From Amphiscolops sp. MND2022 (taxonomy: Eukaryota), in the NCBI GenBank assembly GCA_964187785.1, contig OZ076419.1, forward strand, positions 32,674,001-32,738,000: a stretch of 64,000 nucleotides of DNA. Direction: 5' to 3'. A program made the translations under genes and the position numbers. The notes beneath the pieces were generated by a model. The model was given only the letters and a program-made list of their open reading frames with translations, searched no databases and was not told the origin of the DNA. This document shows, piece by piece, positions 63,846 through 64,000 of this stretch. The stretch's first letter is position 1, and each line of letters begins with the position of its first letter.

Positions 63846-63981
63846 CTATACTCGAGAGAGGGGATCTGATCTGCCTGGGGTACAAGCAGGTGACAGCTAC
63901 TGTCTGTGCGTCATTAAGTGGAGAAGTGCTCTTGGAGTGGATGAAGGGATGTTGAAAAAGAATTACGCCATAATTACATAA
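63846..63981 (+). CDS. Exon 2 of the DUF2237-family protein
   Basis: tttctAG acceptor at 63845 keeps the frame (AA|C = Asn). NYTRERGSDLPGVQAGDSYCLCVIKWRSA matches ..GNDL..PGLxPGDxWCLCxxRW; TAA at 63979-63981. Confidence 0.8.
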
Positions 63982-64000
63982 TAATCATACACAATGGTCC

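Overview
Eukaryotic, AT-rich, transposon-dominated genomic DNA with spliceosomal GT-AG introns. It looks like an invertebrate animal; the repeat families remind me of acoel worm assemblies, but that is unverified recollection. Most of the window is decayed mobile DNA: a degenerate APE-type LINE (~10.2-12.9 kb, -), two BEL/Pao LTR elements (13222-18653 and 50762-57371, both -), four Ty3/Gypsy-type elements (20383-28302 -, 28927-34724 +, ~38.5-46.1 kb +, ~48.8-50.8 kb +), a Helentron-associated (DINE/HINE-like) repeat family, tRNA-derived repeats and minisatellites. Host coding signal is sparse. Three observations stand out. (1) A 7.9-kb LTR element with ~2-kb LTRs, a perfect 5-bp TSD and a tRNA-Asn-type PBS encodes Gag-protease plus a TARG1/OARD1 (DarG-like) ADP-ribosyl-hydrolase macrodomain, with no RT, RNase H or integrase; this copy's macrodomain is broken. 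(2) A young BEL element is flanked by a 143-bp target duplication instead of 5 bp, has one truncated LTR end and carries an almost T-free 0.85-kb minisatellite in its leader. (3) A spliced, signal-peptide-bearing gene of the mainly bacterial DUF2237 family lies at the right edge. Most short ORFs in the supplied track are noise or antisense shadows of TE ORFs. All family assignments come from motif recognition by eye; no search was run.
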